The notes below the pieces were generated by a model. It was not told where the DNA came from, ran no database searches, and saw nothing but the letters and a program-made list of their open reading frames with translations. Below, in pieces: positions 18,849 to 30,607 of a stretch of 64,000 nucleotides of DNA. The stretch covers positions 344,342-408,341 of the forward strand of contig CAWCIZ010000002.1 of the NCBI GenBank assembly GCA_963795855.1. Direction: 5' to 3'. The position numbers and the translations under genes are program-made. Position 1 is the first letter of the stretch. Every line of letters begins with the position of its first letter. This DNA is from Vulcanimicrobiota bacterium. GTDB taxonomy: Bacteria > Vulcanimicrobiota > Vulcanimicrobiia > Vulcanimicrobiales > Vulcanimicrobiaceae.

Positions 18849-21800
18849 GGTTTCCTGGCCGGCTTCCTACGTCGATAATATGCTAGATAGACGATGGGAA
18901 CGACGAAAAGCGTGAGTAAAAGCGACGTCGAGAGACCGCCGATCACCACGGTACCCAATGCTCGCCGATAGTCCGCGCCGATGGTGTGCCCCAACGCGAG
19001 CGGCAACATCCCCGCAATCATGGCAAACGTCGTCATCACAATTGGCCGGAATCGCGTTTGCACCGCCTGCAGCATCGCGTCGTAGGACGAGTCGCCGCGC
19101 CGAACGCCACGTTCGGCATACTCCACGAGTAAAATTCCGTTTTTTGCGACGAGGCCGACGAGCATCACGATGCCAAGCATCGAATAGAGGTTGAGCGTTT
19201 GAAATTGCAGCACGGAAGCGCTCGGAAAAACGTTCTTGAGCGCATTGAGCACAAAGAGGACGCCAAGCGCGCCGACCGACGCGAGGGGGACGGTCAGCAT
19301 GATGATGAGCGGCAACGTATAGCTGCGATAGAGGACCGCCAGGATCACATACACGCAGAGGAGCGAAATTGCGAACGCTTCCAGCACGCGACTGACCGTT
19401 TCGAGGAACTGTTCGACGTCGCCGCGCGGCTCGATTACCGCGCCGGCCGGAAGAAAACCGGGCTCGCGTAGTTTGCGGTAAACGGCGGATGTCAGTACGC
19501 TAATCGGTACGCCTTCCTGCGGATTCGCGGTCACCGTCACAATGCGGCGCCCGTCCTCGCGTTCAATTACGACGGGCTGCTTCGACGAACGGATTTGTGC
19601 GACGTCCGCCAATGGAACCAATTGGCCGTCGGCGCTGCGGACCATCTGCCGGCGCACCAGTTCGAGGTCACCACGCTCCGCCGCATCCGCTTGCACGACG
19701 ACGTTGACGAGTCCCGATGGGAGCCGCGCTTTGGAGGCGATCGCGCCGCCCGTCGTAAGGCGCGCGGTCTGTGCAGCATCATCCGGCGATACGTTGAGCA
19801 GCCTCGCTCTGCCGGCGTCGATCGCAATTTGCACGTATGGAGCCAGCCCGAGCGCGCTCGTGCGCACATCCGTTGCATTTGGATTGGCGCGCAACACACG
19901 GGCAATGCGATCGGCCGCGACGTCGGCAACGCCGGGATCGCCTCCGACGCTGTAGCTTATCGGCGCTGCGCCGCCCATGCCTTTTCCCGCTCCGGCGATC
20001 GACGCCGAAGGGACGAGGTACTGAAGCCGTTTGGCCTCGTCCGTCGCGCCGCTCGCCGAAGCGGAAGGATCGGCGAGCACGATGGCCAGCTGCGCGACAT
20101 TGGCGGCAAACACGTCGGTCGTGCCGTTGAAAGCGCGGCCCGCCGTGGACTCGATGTGCCGAATGGCCGGGTCATCCAGAAGCCCGCCGGTAAGTTTGCG
20201 CGCGGCCGAATCCGTAACCGCAAGCGGTGTACCGGGCGGCATGGTGAGATCGACCGTCGCCACGCCGCGATTGACGGGCGGCGAAAACTCGGCTGGAACG
20301 GCGCCCGCAATCAGCAGAGCAAACGGTACGGCGCAAAGGACAGACGCAAATAGCAGCAGGGGCACGCGGTTTTTCCAAGCCGCCGGCAGCCACACGCAAG
20401 CATAGCGATGGCCAATCAAGATCTCGTAGCGCCCGAAGGCGTTGATTGCAGCATGCCAGGCCGCAAACGCCGTCACGAGCGGGCGAGTGCGAAACGTCCA
20501 CGGAAAGGTACGCGCACGCCCTCGCAGTGCAGCAACGGCCTCCGAAAAGCGAAGATCGTCCAAGCCGAACGTGCGGCGCACCAGCGCCCAACGCGCGGTA
20601 AGCAATGGCGTAAGCGTAAACGAGACCAACAGCGAAAATGCCGTTGCGAACACGATCACCAAACCGAACTCACGCATGAACTCGCCGATGGTACCGCTCA
20701 TCAGCGCGATGGGCGCAAACACCGCGACGTCGACCAGCGTAATCGCGAACGCAGCGCCGCCGATTTCCCGCCGGCCCGCCAAGGCCGCCTCATCCGGCGA
20801 GCCGAGGCTCTTCGCAGAACGCGCGATCGCCTCGATAATGACTATCGAGTCGTCAACGAGAATGCCGATCGTCAACGAGAGCCCCATCAAGGAGAGCACG
20901 TTGAGCGTAAATCCGAGCATCCACATCAGTAGAAACGCCGCGCAAAGCGACGTCGGAATCGCGATTGCGGCAATGGCGGCGCTGCGCCACGCGTGCAAAA
21001 ACAGCAGCATCACGAGCACTGTGAGTACTACGCCTTCTCCCAGCGTTTGCAGCACGCCGGCAATCGCGGCGTTTGTGGCGGGTCCGTCGGTACGCAGTTC
21101 TTCAAAGCGAATGGCCGGATACTGCGCGGCGAGGCGCCGAAACGTTTTGCGCACGTTCGCAATCGTTCGCAGCGCATCGTAACCCGATGCGTTCGACACG
21201 TAGACAATAGCAGAGCGATCGCCGTCAACGCGGGAAATGATGCTCGCATCGGCATAGGCGTCTCGCACATCGGCAACGTCCCCGATCCGAACGGACGGAT
21301 TGGCGGCAAGGGCAACGGGGACGTTCCGCAAGTCTTCCGGCGATGTCGCGGCTGCGTTGATGCCAATCACCGGTTCGCTAACCGAACCGCGTAACACGCC
21401 TCCTGGAAACACGTCGTTGCTCGCGGCGGCGGCGCGGAACACGTCTAGCGCCGTCGCATGCAGCGCTTGCATCGATCCGCCGCGCGGCCGGATCGTGAAC
21501 TGACGAGTTCGTGCGCCGCTGATGCGGACCCCGCCGACGCCCGCCGTCTCCCGCAACAACGGCTCCAGGCGGTGCGTCAAGATCTCGGAAAGTGCGGCAT
21601 CGGAAATGAGCGCGGAACCGATCGCCTCTTCCATGACGGGGGCCTGCCCCGGATCGTTTTTGCTTACAATCGGCGCAACGAGATCCGGCGGCAGATTGAC
21701 GCGAGCCGCATCGGTGGCTTGCTGCACTTCGGCGCGGTCGACGTCGACGTTGGTGCCGAAGCGAAACTGCACGACGATCTCCGCCACGCCGTTTTGAGCG

Positions 21801-22091
21801 GTCGCGGAGACGCGCGAGATCTTGTAAACCGCTTACCTGATCTTCGATAGGTTCGATGACTAGGCGCTCGATCTCGATAGCGCTCGCGCCCGCATAGGGC
21901 GCCGCAACCGTCACGACGGGGAGCGAAACGGGTGGCAATGTGCTGCGCCCCATCCGCATGAGTGCGAACAAACCGAACAGCACGACAAGTACGAAGAACA
22001 AAGTCGTGGGTATAGGGTTTTGCAGACAGTAGCGTGTAAGCCGCACGCCGGACTCTTTTCCACGAGGCCCGGATAAGGCTGCGCCCGTCAA
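18824..22091 (-). pseudogene. RND-superfamily efflux transporter (AcrB/AcrD/AcrF-like permease), one frame break near the 5' end as assembled
   Basis: The 987 aa body carries 12-TM RND architecture. The N-terminal 90 codons (...LTRYCLQNPIPTTLFFVLVVLFGLFAL...IEPIEDQVSGLQDLA) are in another frame and join at ...VSATAQNGVAEIVVQF. The span is 3268 nt = 3n+1. No MFP or OMP partner gene is adjacent. Confidence 0.85.
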
Positions 22092-22095
22092 GGCG

Positions 22096-22120
22096 AAATT
22101 ACTTCACAATGAAGTAATTT
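22096..22120. promoter_or_regulatory. perfect 11-3-11 AT-rich inverted repeat, candidate operator of the RND-padR unit
   Basis: AAATTACTTCA-caa-TGAAGTAATTT lies a few nt upstream of the RND ORF start and in the divergent gap to 22170(+). It is conspicuously AT-rich in a GC-rich genome. Confidence 0.5.
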
Positions 22121-22169
22121 TGCCCAAATTCGACTTTTCAGCCGTGCAAGAGCGGCGTATCGTCAAGAC

Positions 22170-22574
22170 ATGAAGCACACACTTTGGACTCTTCTTTTCG
22201 CGAGCGCCATCGCGCTCGCAAATCCACCGATGGCGGGCGCGCAAATGATGGGACACAAGCCGCCCGTTCCAATGTCGCCGCAGCAGTTCACGCAGGCGGC
22301 AGCCGGGCAGAACGTGCAAATAGCGGTTCGCGTGACCGCTGTAAAAAGAAACACGCTGCTCGCGCAGTTGCTGCAGCACGAGACCGACGCGCGTTCCAGA
22401 GCTACGAACACGCATGTTACGCTGTACTACGCGGACGGCACGCCCGTCGTCATGGGCACCGCTCGAGACATCGTCCCGGGCGCGGTTCTCTTTGTGTACG
22501 GCATCGTGACGAAGCCGGGGCACGTCGACGTCAAGCAAGCCGTCGTCGACACGCGGTTCGTAAAGGTTCAGTAG
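22170..22574 (+). CDS. small secreted hypothetical protein
   Basis: 134 aa with a signal peptide (MKHTLWTLLFASAIALANPPMAGA) and protein-like composition, unlike the overlapping antisense ORFs. Confidence 0.6.
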   Translation: MKHTLWTLLFASAIALANPPMAGAQMMGHKPPVPMSPQQFTQAAAGQNVQIAVRVTAVKRNTLLAQLLQHETDARSRATNTHVTLYYADGTPVVMGTARDIVPGAVLFVYGIVTKPGHVDVKQAVVDTRFVKVQ

Positions 22575-22598
22575 TCTGGATCCAAACGATCTCGCCGC

Positions 22599-22956
22599 GT
22601 GGACTGCACTGGCGCTCATTCCCGTCAGTGCAGCCGCCGGCTGGTATCTGCGGCGGCGCGGCAACGGTGCTTTTGCAATCCGTCTCCGGCCGCATTACGT
22701 AATAGGGTATGCGGCGCTCGGATGCGCCGTCTTGCACATGATGCTTGCAATGCCGGCGACGTCGGGCGCAAACGGCAACGGCATTTGGTCCGCGGCGTTC
22801 GCTACGACCGGCTTAGCGCTGCAATCATTCATCGGCACGAATTTGCAATCGCCCGGATCGTATCGAGTGCTGCTGCGGCGCTGGCATACTGCGCTGTTTT
22901 GGGGTATTGCACTCTTTTCGGTCGTGCATGTCGCGCTCGATGGCGTAACGTTTTAG
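22599..22956 (+). CDS. hypothetical membrane protein; start unresolved
   Basis: The frame of 22732..22956 is open back to 22564 and encodes TM-like TALALIPVSAAAGWYLRRRG...IGYAALGCAVLHMMLA with no canonical in-frame start. The GTG at 22599 fits if one G is extra. Confidence 0.4.
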
Positions 22957-22990
22957 TCGACAATGCGCTGAACGACTTCGACGCAGGGGA

Positions 22991-23353
22991 CTACGGTTTC
23001 GGATGCTGACGCAGGCCGATCGGCGTTCCGTCGGGATCCTTGACGATCGCGATCAGCAATCCGCGCGCTACGTCGGTGACATCCTGCACTTTTTCCGCTC
23101 CGTTCGCAGTGAGGCTCGTGAGCGCGGCGTTGATGTCGTCGACATCGACGTACGCCAGGGCTCCCGATAGGCCACGCTGCGCCGCGCTCGGGTCGAGCCC
23201 GATTTCCACGTCGCCGGCTTTGAAGCCGACGTAATACGGGCTGTCGGCGTAAGGCTCGATGCCGAGCAAGTCCGTGAAGAACTTCTTTGTCTTCGACACG
23301 TCCGAGGCGGGGTAAACGATGAGTGCGACGTTCTTTGCCAACAGGTCAGGCAT
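22991..23353 (-). CDS. VOC (glyoxalase/bleomycin-resistance fold) family protein
   Basis: Starts at ATG 23353 (MPDLLAKNVALIVYPASDV...) preceded by AAGAGGA. About 120 aa with VOC-type sequence. Confidence 0.8.
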   Translation of the reverse strand: MPDLLAKNVALIVYPASDVSKTKKFFTDLLGIEPYADSPYYVGFKAGDVEIGLDPSAAQRGLSGALAYVDVDDINAALTSLTANGAEKVQDVTDVARGLLIAIVKDPDGTPIGLRQHPKP

Positions 23354-23472
23354 GTTGTGTATCCTCTTTCGATGTTCGCGTCGTGCTTTTTTGGGGTCGC
23401 CCAGGTGTGACGAAACGCAGCGTTCGAATGTGACGTAAGGGGTCCGCGGCAAGCGCCCCTACAGTGCCGCGC

Positions 23473-24373
23473 TTAGAGGCCGAGGATTTGCCGAACGCGT
23501 TCGGGCCGCGAGATCACGTAGATCTCCCGAATTTGCTCGCCCGAGATAACGAACCCCATCACGGATAGCGGTTCGCCGTTCGGAAGGTACGAAACGATTC
23601 CGGGCGTTCCGTTGACGACGACCTGCTCCAGATTTTGGACGACTTTAGAGAACGTGACGGCTTGCGATGCGACCGCCTGCGCGCCGCGAATGCCTCGCAA
23701 GGCCGGCTCCCGATCGGCACGCAGCAGCACGTTGGGATCGAGTACCGCGACGAGGGCGTCAAAGTCGCCTTCGCGTACCGCCGCGAGGAACGCGTCCACA
23801 ACCGCGCGCCGCTGCGCGAAACCGATCGCCGGCGGCGTTGCGCCCTGCACGCGGCGGCGTGCTCGGCTCGCCAGCTCGACGTACGGCCGTGGGCGATCGG
23901 CCGACGATCGATGCGATCTCTTCGAACGGCACCACGAACATGTCGTGAAGGACGAACGCAAGCCTTTCCGCCGGTGTAAGGCTGTCGAGCACGACGAGAA
24001 GAGCCAAACCAACCGAATCGGCTGCGAGCACTTGGTCTTCGGGGCCTTCGGCGCGGCTCACGATGAAGTCGGGAATCTCCGGCGCAAGCGGCTCCTCGGC
24101 TTTGGCACGCCGAGCGCGAAGCATGTCGACACAGATGCGCGAAACGACCGTCGTGAGCCACGCATCGATTTTCTCGATGCCCTCATCGCCCCGGCGACTG
24201 AGGCGCAGCCACGCTTCTTGCACGGCGTCGTCGGCATCGTCGAGCGATCCGAGCATTCGGTATGCCACGCCGCGCAAGCGGGAACGGTTTTCTTCAAACC
24301 GTTCCGCCAACCACTCCGTCATCTGGTTGTTCGCTTCTTCCACGCTGCGTTCGCTTCCCACTAGGTCGTTCAC
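23473..24373 (-). pseudogene. ECF sigma factor of the SigJ/ECF41 type (sigma-70 regions 2 and 4 plus SnoaL-like C-terminal extension), one frame break as assembled
   Basis: Region 2 (AYRMLGSLDDADDAVQEAWLRL) and region 4 (up to ...IVGRSPTAVR) are in one frame. ELASRARRRV... and the C-terminal domain are in the 23473..24012 frame. The span is 901 nt = 3n+1. Confidence 0.85.
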
Positions 24374-24432
24374 GACATCGGCACAGCGGTCGAAAAGGTC
24401 AAAGCGTTCTATCGAGATATTCTCGAGCGTGT

Positions 24433-24984
24433 TTAGCCGCTCGACAAAACGTCGCCGAACGGACCGAACTGCGCTGCATGCTCGCGCAGCTTGCGATAAA
24501 TGAGCGCAGACGGAAAGCCGAGGCGCTCGAGCGCCCGTGCCGCCGACGGATAACTCAGTTCGGGCTTTGTCCGAAACAGTTTGGCGAGCGCGTCGTCGAT
24601 CCGTTCGGTTTCATCAACCGATCCGCCGCAGACGGCGGCCGCCGCCGCGTCGCGTTCGATGCCCTTGCGCACGAGTTCACCGACGAGCCGCACGTTGCCG
24701 ACCGATTTCCGCTTCTGCTCTACATACAGTTGTGCGAAAAGCCGGTCGTCGATGTAGCCGTCGCGTTTGCAGCGCTCGACCGCATCGCGTATCGCTTCAT
24801 CGGCATAGCCTTTGCGTTCGAGTCTCTGCCACAACTGCGCCTCGGTCAGGCGCTTCTGCGCGAGCGCCCGCAGTGCGGTTACGTAGGGCGATGTCGCGGG
24901 GTGGGCTTTGTTTGGTGACTCGATCGCTGCGGCTGGTGAGGTGCAGCACGTGTTCCCCGAACCGTTCACAAATTCGCCCTCCAT
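24433..24984 (-). CDS. recX: recombination regulator RecX
   Basis: RecX-type three-helix repeats ([43 protein letters not shown]...). It lies downstream of recA. The start is either ATG 24984 or GTG 24969. Confidence 0.8.
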   Translation of the reverse strand: MEGEFVNGSGNTCCTSPAAAIESPNKAHPATSPYVTALRALAQKRLTEAQLWQRLERKGYADEAIRDAVERCKRDGYIDDRLFAQLYVEQKRKSVGNVRLVGELVRKGIERDAAAAAVCGGSVDETERIDDALAKLFRTKPELSYPSAARALERLGFPSALIYRKLREHAAQFGPFGDVLSSG

Positions 24985-25172
24985 GGCGAATTTGCTACTT
25001 CTGTGCGTTTTTGCGAAAACAAGTTTTGAAAAAACCATCCGGGTTTGCGCAAAAACGTCACAGATTCGAGGAACACGTACCGCACCTCACCAGCTGGAAC
25101 CGATCGCACAGATTTCCCAAACAAGCCCGAGCCCTCGGCGTCGCGTGAGAGACCGTCACAGATTCGTGGAAG

Positions 25173-26216
<1,044 letters not shown>

Positions 26217-26286
26217 GCTTTTCTCCTAAAAAACTGCGTACGTTGTGAGTCTCACGCTAACCGGGCGCGATGCCAAGGGGGTGGCA

Positions 26287-27204
26287 TTAAAATCCGCTGT
26301 CCTCGAACAGCGCTTCTATGAATTCCGATGGAACGAAGGGCGCCAGCGCGTCGGCACTCTCCCCCAAGCCGACGAACTTGATGGGAATTTCCAGCGTGTC
26401 GACAATTGCTACGAGCACGCCGCCCTTCGCGGTGGAATCGAGTTTGGTGACCACGACGCCCGTGAGCGCGGTCGCTTCGTTGAAGAGTTTCGCCTGCGAG
26501 ATTGCGTTTTGTCCGGTGGTACCGTCGAGCACGAGGAGCGTTTCCGCGGGTGCGGCTCCGGTCTCCCGCTCGATGATGCGGCGCATCTTCTTGAGTTCTT
26601 CCATGAGGTTGGTTTTGGTTTGCAGCCGTCCTGCGGTGTCCACGAGCACCACGTCGGCCCCGCGCGACTTGCCGGCCTGCATGCCGTCGAACACCACCGA
26701 CGCCGGATCTGCACCGTCCTTGCCGCGCACGTAATCGGCGCCGCTGCGTTCAGCCCAGATGTGCAATTGCTCCGCGGCTGCTGCACGGAACGTATCGGCC
26801 GCGACGACGAGAACGCGTTTGCCCTGCGAACGCAGCCGCCCCGCGAGCTTGCCGATCGTCGTCGTTTTGCCGCTGCCGTTCACGCCAACCACCAGCACGA
26901 TCGCCGGCTTTGCCGCTACTGCGAGTTCGGCATCGGGAAGCGTAAGAAAACGCTCCACGTCTTTGCGGAAACGCGCGACGATTTGATCGCTGGTCGTCCA
27001 GAGTTCTTGCTTCGCCACCGTTTTCAGACCGCCGACGATTTTTTCGGTCGTCGGCACGCCGAAATCGGCGAGCAGCAGCAGGTCCTCGAGCTCTTCCCAG
27101 AGTTCCGGCGTGATGGGCCGGCGGGCACGGCCGAGGGCCGCTACACCCGAGAGCGTCTCACGCGCCTTACCGAACGAGGCCCGGAATTTGGCAATCCAGC
27201 TCAC
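26287..27204 (-). CDS. ftsY: signal recognition particle receptor FtsY (short form, NG domain only)
   Basis: Motifs GVNGSGKTTTIGKLA, DTAGR and TKLD are present. I prefer the GTG at 27204 (GAAGAGG upstream) because the track's longer N-terminus is Arg-rich junk that overlaps the upstream gene. Confidence 0.9.
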   Translation of the reverse strand: MSWIAKFRASFGKARETLSGVAALGRARRPITPELWEELEDLLLLADFGVPTTEKIVGGLKTVAKQELWTTSDQIVARFRKDVERFLTLPDAELAVAAKPAIVLVVGVNGSGKTTTIGKLAGRLRSQGKRVLVVAADTFRAAAAEQLHIWAERSGADYVRGKDGADPASVVFDGMQAGKSRGADVVLVDTAGRLQTKTNLMEELKKMRRIIERETGAAPAETLLVLDGTTGQNAISQAKLFNEATALTGVVVTKLDSTAKGGVLVAIVDTLEIPIKFVGLGESADALAPFVPSEFIEALFEDSGF

Positions 27205-27274
27205 GGGTATAGCCTCTTCTGCGCTCGGAATCGAACTCCTGTTCGATTCGCGGGGGAATTCAAGCGGGCGGCGG

Positions 27275-28256
<982 letters not shown>

Positions 28257-28311
28257 ACCGCGGACTTCAGCGCGGCTTTTCTTCCTCCGCTAGCTTACGC
28301 TATGACGGAAC

Positions 28312-28623
28312 TTAGCGGGCGTGGCTGCGCTTGGCGGCTTCGGAGTCGACGCGGAAGACATACGCCAGTACTTCCGCCACGACTGCGTACAGTTCGCGCG
28401 GAATCGTTTCGGTGAGTTCGAGCCGCGAGAGCGCTTCGACGAGTTCGCCGTCTTCATGCAGCGGGATGTCGTGCTCTTTCGCGACGCGGACGATCTCTTC
28501 GGCGATGAGGCCGCGGCCTGCCGCGACAACCTCGGGCGCTTCTTGTCCGACCGGATCGTATTTGAGCGCGGCGGCCGCCGGACGCGGCGCTACTTTCTTA
28601 CGAAAATCGTAGAACCGGTTCAT
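28312..28623 (-). CDS. FlhB C-terminal-domain-like protein (EscU/YscU/HrcU family; YlqH-like)
   Basis: 103 aa: AAALKYDPVGQEAPEVVAAGRGLIAEEIVRVAKEHDIPLHEDGELVEAL matches the FlhB C-terminal domain. The start overlaps the upstream stop (ATGA). Confidence 0.8.
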   Translation of the reverse strand: MNRFYDFRKKVAPRPAAAALKYDPVGQEAPEVVAAGRGLIAEEIVRVAKEHDIPLHEDGELVEALSRLELTETIPRELYAVVAEVLAYVFRVDSEAAKRSHAR

Positions 28624-30212
28624 GCCTGCAAATCCAATCCGCTCTTTCGCGCATCCGGCGCGGCAACGCTTTCCGCGGCGACGGGACCCTTACGCGCCAC
28701 GATGCTCGCAGCCGCGGACGCGACGCGGTACCGCAGATCTTCCAAGCGATTACGCAACGAGGCGAGCGTGTCCGAAAACTGCGCGGCGGCAGGCGCGGTT
28801 TCGGTTTTGACGGCAACCTTTACGGCGCGTCCGCTCGTTTGCAAATCGATCGCCACCATGCCGAGATTCGCGGTGTCGAGCACGAACGCGACGTGAAAAT
28901 TTTCCGCGTCGATCTTGCCGCCGCGTGAATCGGCATCATGCGAGATGCGTATTTGTGCGGGCTTTCCTCCCTCACGATAAAAGACTGGGAGCGAAAAAGC
29001 GAAAGTTCCGGGATTTTGCTGATTCGCCGTGAGCGCGTTGACCTGCGTGCCGGTCAGCGTGATCAGGGTTTCGCTCAACGCCTGCGTCAGCGCGGGGGTG
29101 CGTTCCGCCGGCGGATCGCGCAGCAAAGACAAGACGACCGATTTGAGATCGTGCGAGACCGCCGCAGCGCGTTCGGCGATGCGTGCCTGCACGGCCACGG
29201 GCGCCGGAGTCGTCGCCGCGTCATTCGAGCGCGGCTGCGATTGCGTTTGCAGACGCGGAGCCGATTGCGTTGCCGTTTCCGTTTTTTCGGGTTGAGCGTG
29301 CGTTTGCGTTTGGGATTGCCCATGCGGCGCCGGCGCGGCCTGTGCGTGCGCCTGCAGCAGCTGCGCAAGCTTCGCTTCGACGCCCTCTACGACGTTGGAG
29401 ACGTACGACGAAATCTGCGCGCGCAGCGTTTCCGGATTCGCCGGGTTTAAGCGCGCGGTGAAACCGACGAGCGTGCGAAGCGTCGGGATACGCGGATCCT
29501 GCGCGGTGCGCGGCAACGCCGCTTCCAAACGCTGCAGCACCGGCGACACGCGTTCGGGCGCGTGCGGTGCAATAGTCGCCGCGATGCGCGTGAACGGCGT
29601 ATCCGGAAGACGCGCAGCACGTAAAAATTCGCTCACCGTTTGCACCGCGCGCTGCACGAGCGGCGTAACGTTCTTGGGGGTAACGCTCGGCGGCGGTGCT
29701 TTCGCCGTTTGCGCGGCAGCGATGCGCGCTTCGATGCTTTGCGGCGACGCCGGCTGAACCGACGCGGCGACGAACACTGCGGAAGGCGGCGAGAGCGGCG
29801 TTTGCCCTTGCGGCACACGAACAGTCGTAAGTACTGCGCTTTGCCGCAGCGTTTCGCTTTGCGCGCCCGGCAGCACGGCGTCGTTCACCGCAACGGGATT
29901 GGCGGGATCGGGAGCGCCGAGATTGCGTACGAAGATTTGCGTCCCGGAAAAACCGGTGACCTGAAGCAACAGCGTTTCGCCGGGATAGACTGCGGGCGGC
30001 AGTTGCGCCGCGACACGCAGCCCCAGCAGTTGGACGTAGTCCTGGCCATTCTGCGGCGGCAGAACCTGCGCGGGGAGAACGTCGCCGAGCGAAATCTGCG
30101 TTTCAAGAACATCGGCTGAAACGCCGAGATTGATAGCGGCGTCGAGCATCGCCGCCTCGGCGGCGGCGACGACGCGGGCACTTATCGCAGCGAGCGGATC
30201 GGTGCCTGACAT
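28620..30212 (-). CDS. Pro/Ala/Gln-rich hypothetical protein, possibly a second FliK-like hook-length-type protein (YlqG position)
   Basis: 530 aa. The composition and the C-terminal block (FAFSLPVFYREGGKPAQIRISHDADSRGGK...FHVAFVLDTANLGMVAIDLQ) recall flagellar hook-length domains. It sits between fliA and the flhB-C-like gene. Confidence 0.5.
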   Translation of the reverse strand: MSGTDPLAAISARVVAAAEAAMLDAAINLGVSADVLETQISLGDVLPAQVLPPQNGQDYVQLLGLRVAAQLPPAVYPGETLLLQVTGFSGTQIFVRNLGAPDPANPVAVNDAVLPGAQSETLRQSAVLTTVRVPQGQTPLSPPSAVFVAASVQPASPQSIEARIAAAQTAKAPPPSVTPKNVTPLVQRAVQTVSEFLRAARLPDTPFTRIAATIAPHAPERVSPVLQRLEAALPRTAQDPRIPTLRTLVGFTARLNPANPETLRAQISSYVSNVVEGVEAKLAQLLQAHAQAAPAPHGQSQTQTHAQPEKTETATQSAPRLQTQSQPRSNDAATTPAPVAVQARIAERAAAVSHDLKSVVLSLLRDPPAERTPALTQALSETLITLTGTQVNALTANQQNPGTFAFSLPVFYREGGKPAQIRISHDADSRGGKIDAENFHVAFVLDTANLGMVAIDLQTSGRAVKVAVKTETAPAAAQFSDTLASLRNRLEDLRYRVASAAASIVARKGPVAAESVAAPDARKSGLDLQA

Positions 30213-30218
30213 CGCGCG

Positions 30219-30557
30219 CTACGCGGTTACGTCGATGAAGTGTTCGCCGTCGCCGCTCAGGCCGAGCGGGCCGGCCGCGCCGGCCTCCGCGGAATTTTCG
30301 TCGCTGCCGGGCTTGTGCCGGCGCCGCGCGGGCGGATCCTGGTGCTCGCGCTCGCCGTCGCCGCGCGAGCGCACCTTCGAACCTTCGACCTTGACGGGTT
30401 CGTCGACGCTCTCTTCACGGCGCACGACCTCGGCGGCGAACGCGGATTGCGCCGCCTGCTGCGCGGTTTGCGGGCCTTCTTGAGCAGTACTGAGCACGGC
30501 CGCGCTCGCGGGAGCAGCCATGTAAGCGAGTTGGAGATCGACCGGACGAATGGCCAT
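30219..30557 (-). CDS. small acidic hypothetical protein downstream of fliA
   Basis: 112 aa ORF (MAIRPVDLQLAYMAAP...) in the operon. No family recognised. Confidence 0.4.
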   Translation of the reverse strand: MAIRPVDLQLAYMAAPASAAVLSTAQEGPQTAQQAAQSAFAAEVVRREESVDEPVKVEGSKVRSRGDGEREHQDPPARRRHKPGSDENSAEAGAAGPLGLSGDGEHFIDVTA

Positions 30558-30607
30558 GGTACGAGCAACTTCGGGCCGGCGGGTCCATCCCCTCGGGCGC
30601 CGCGGGA

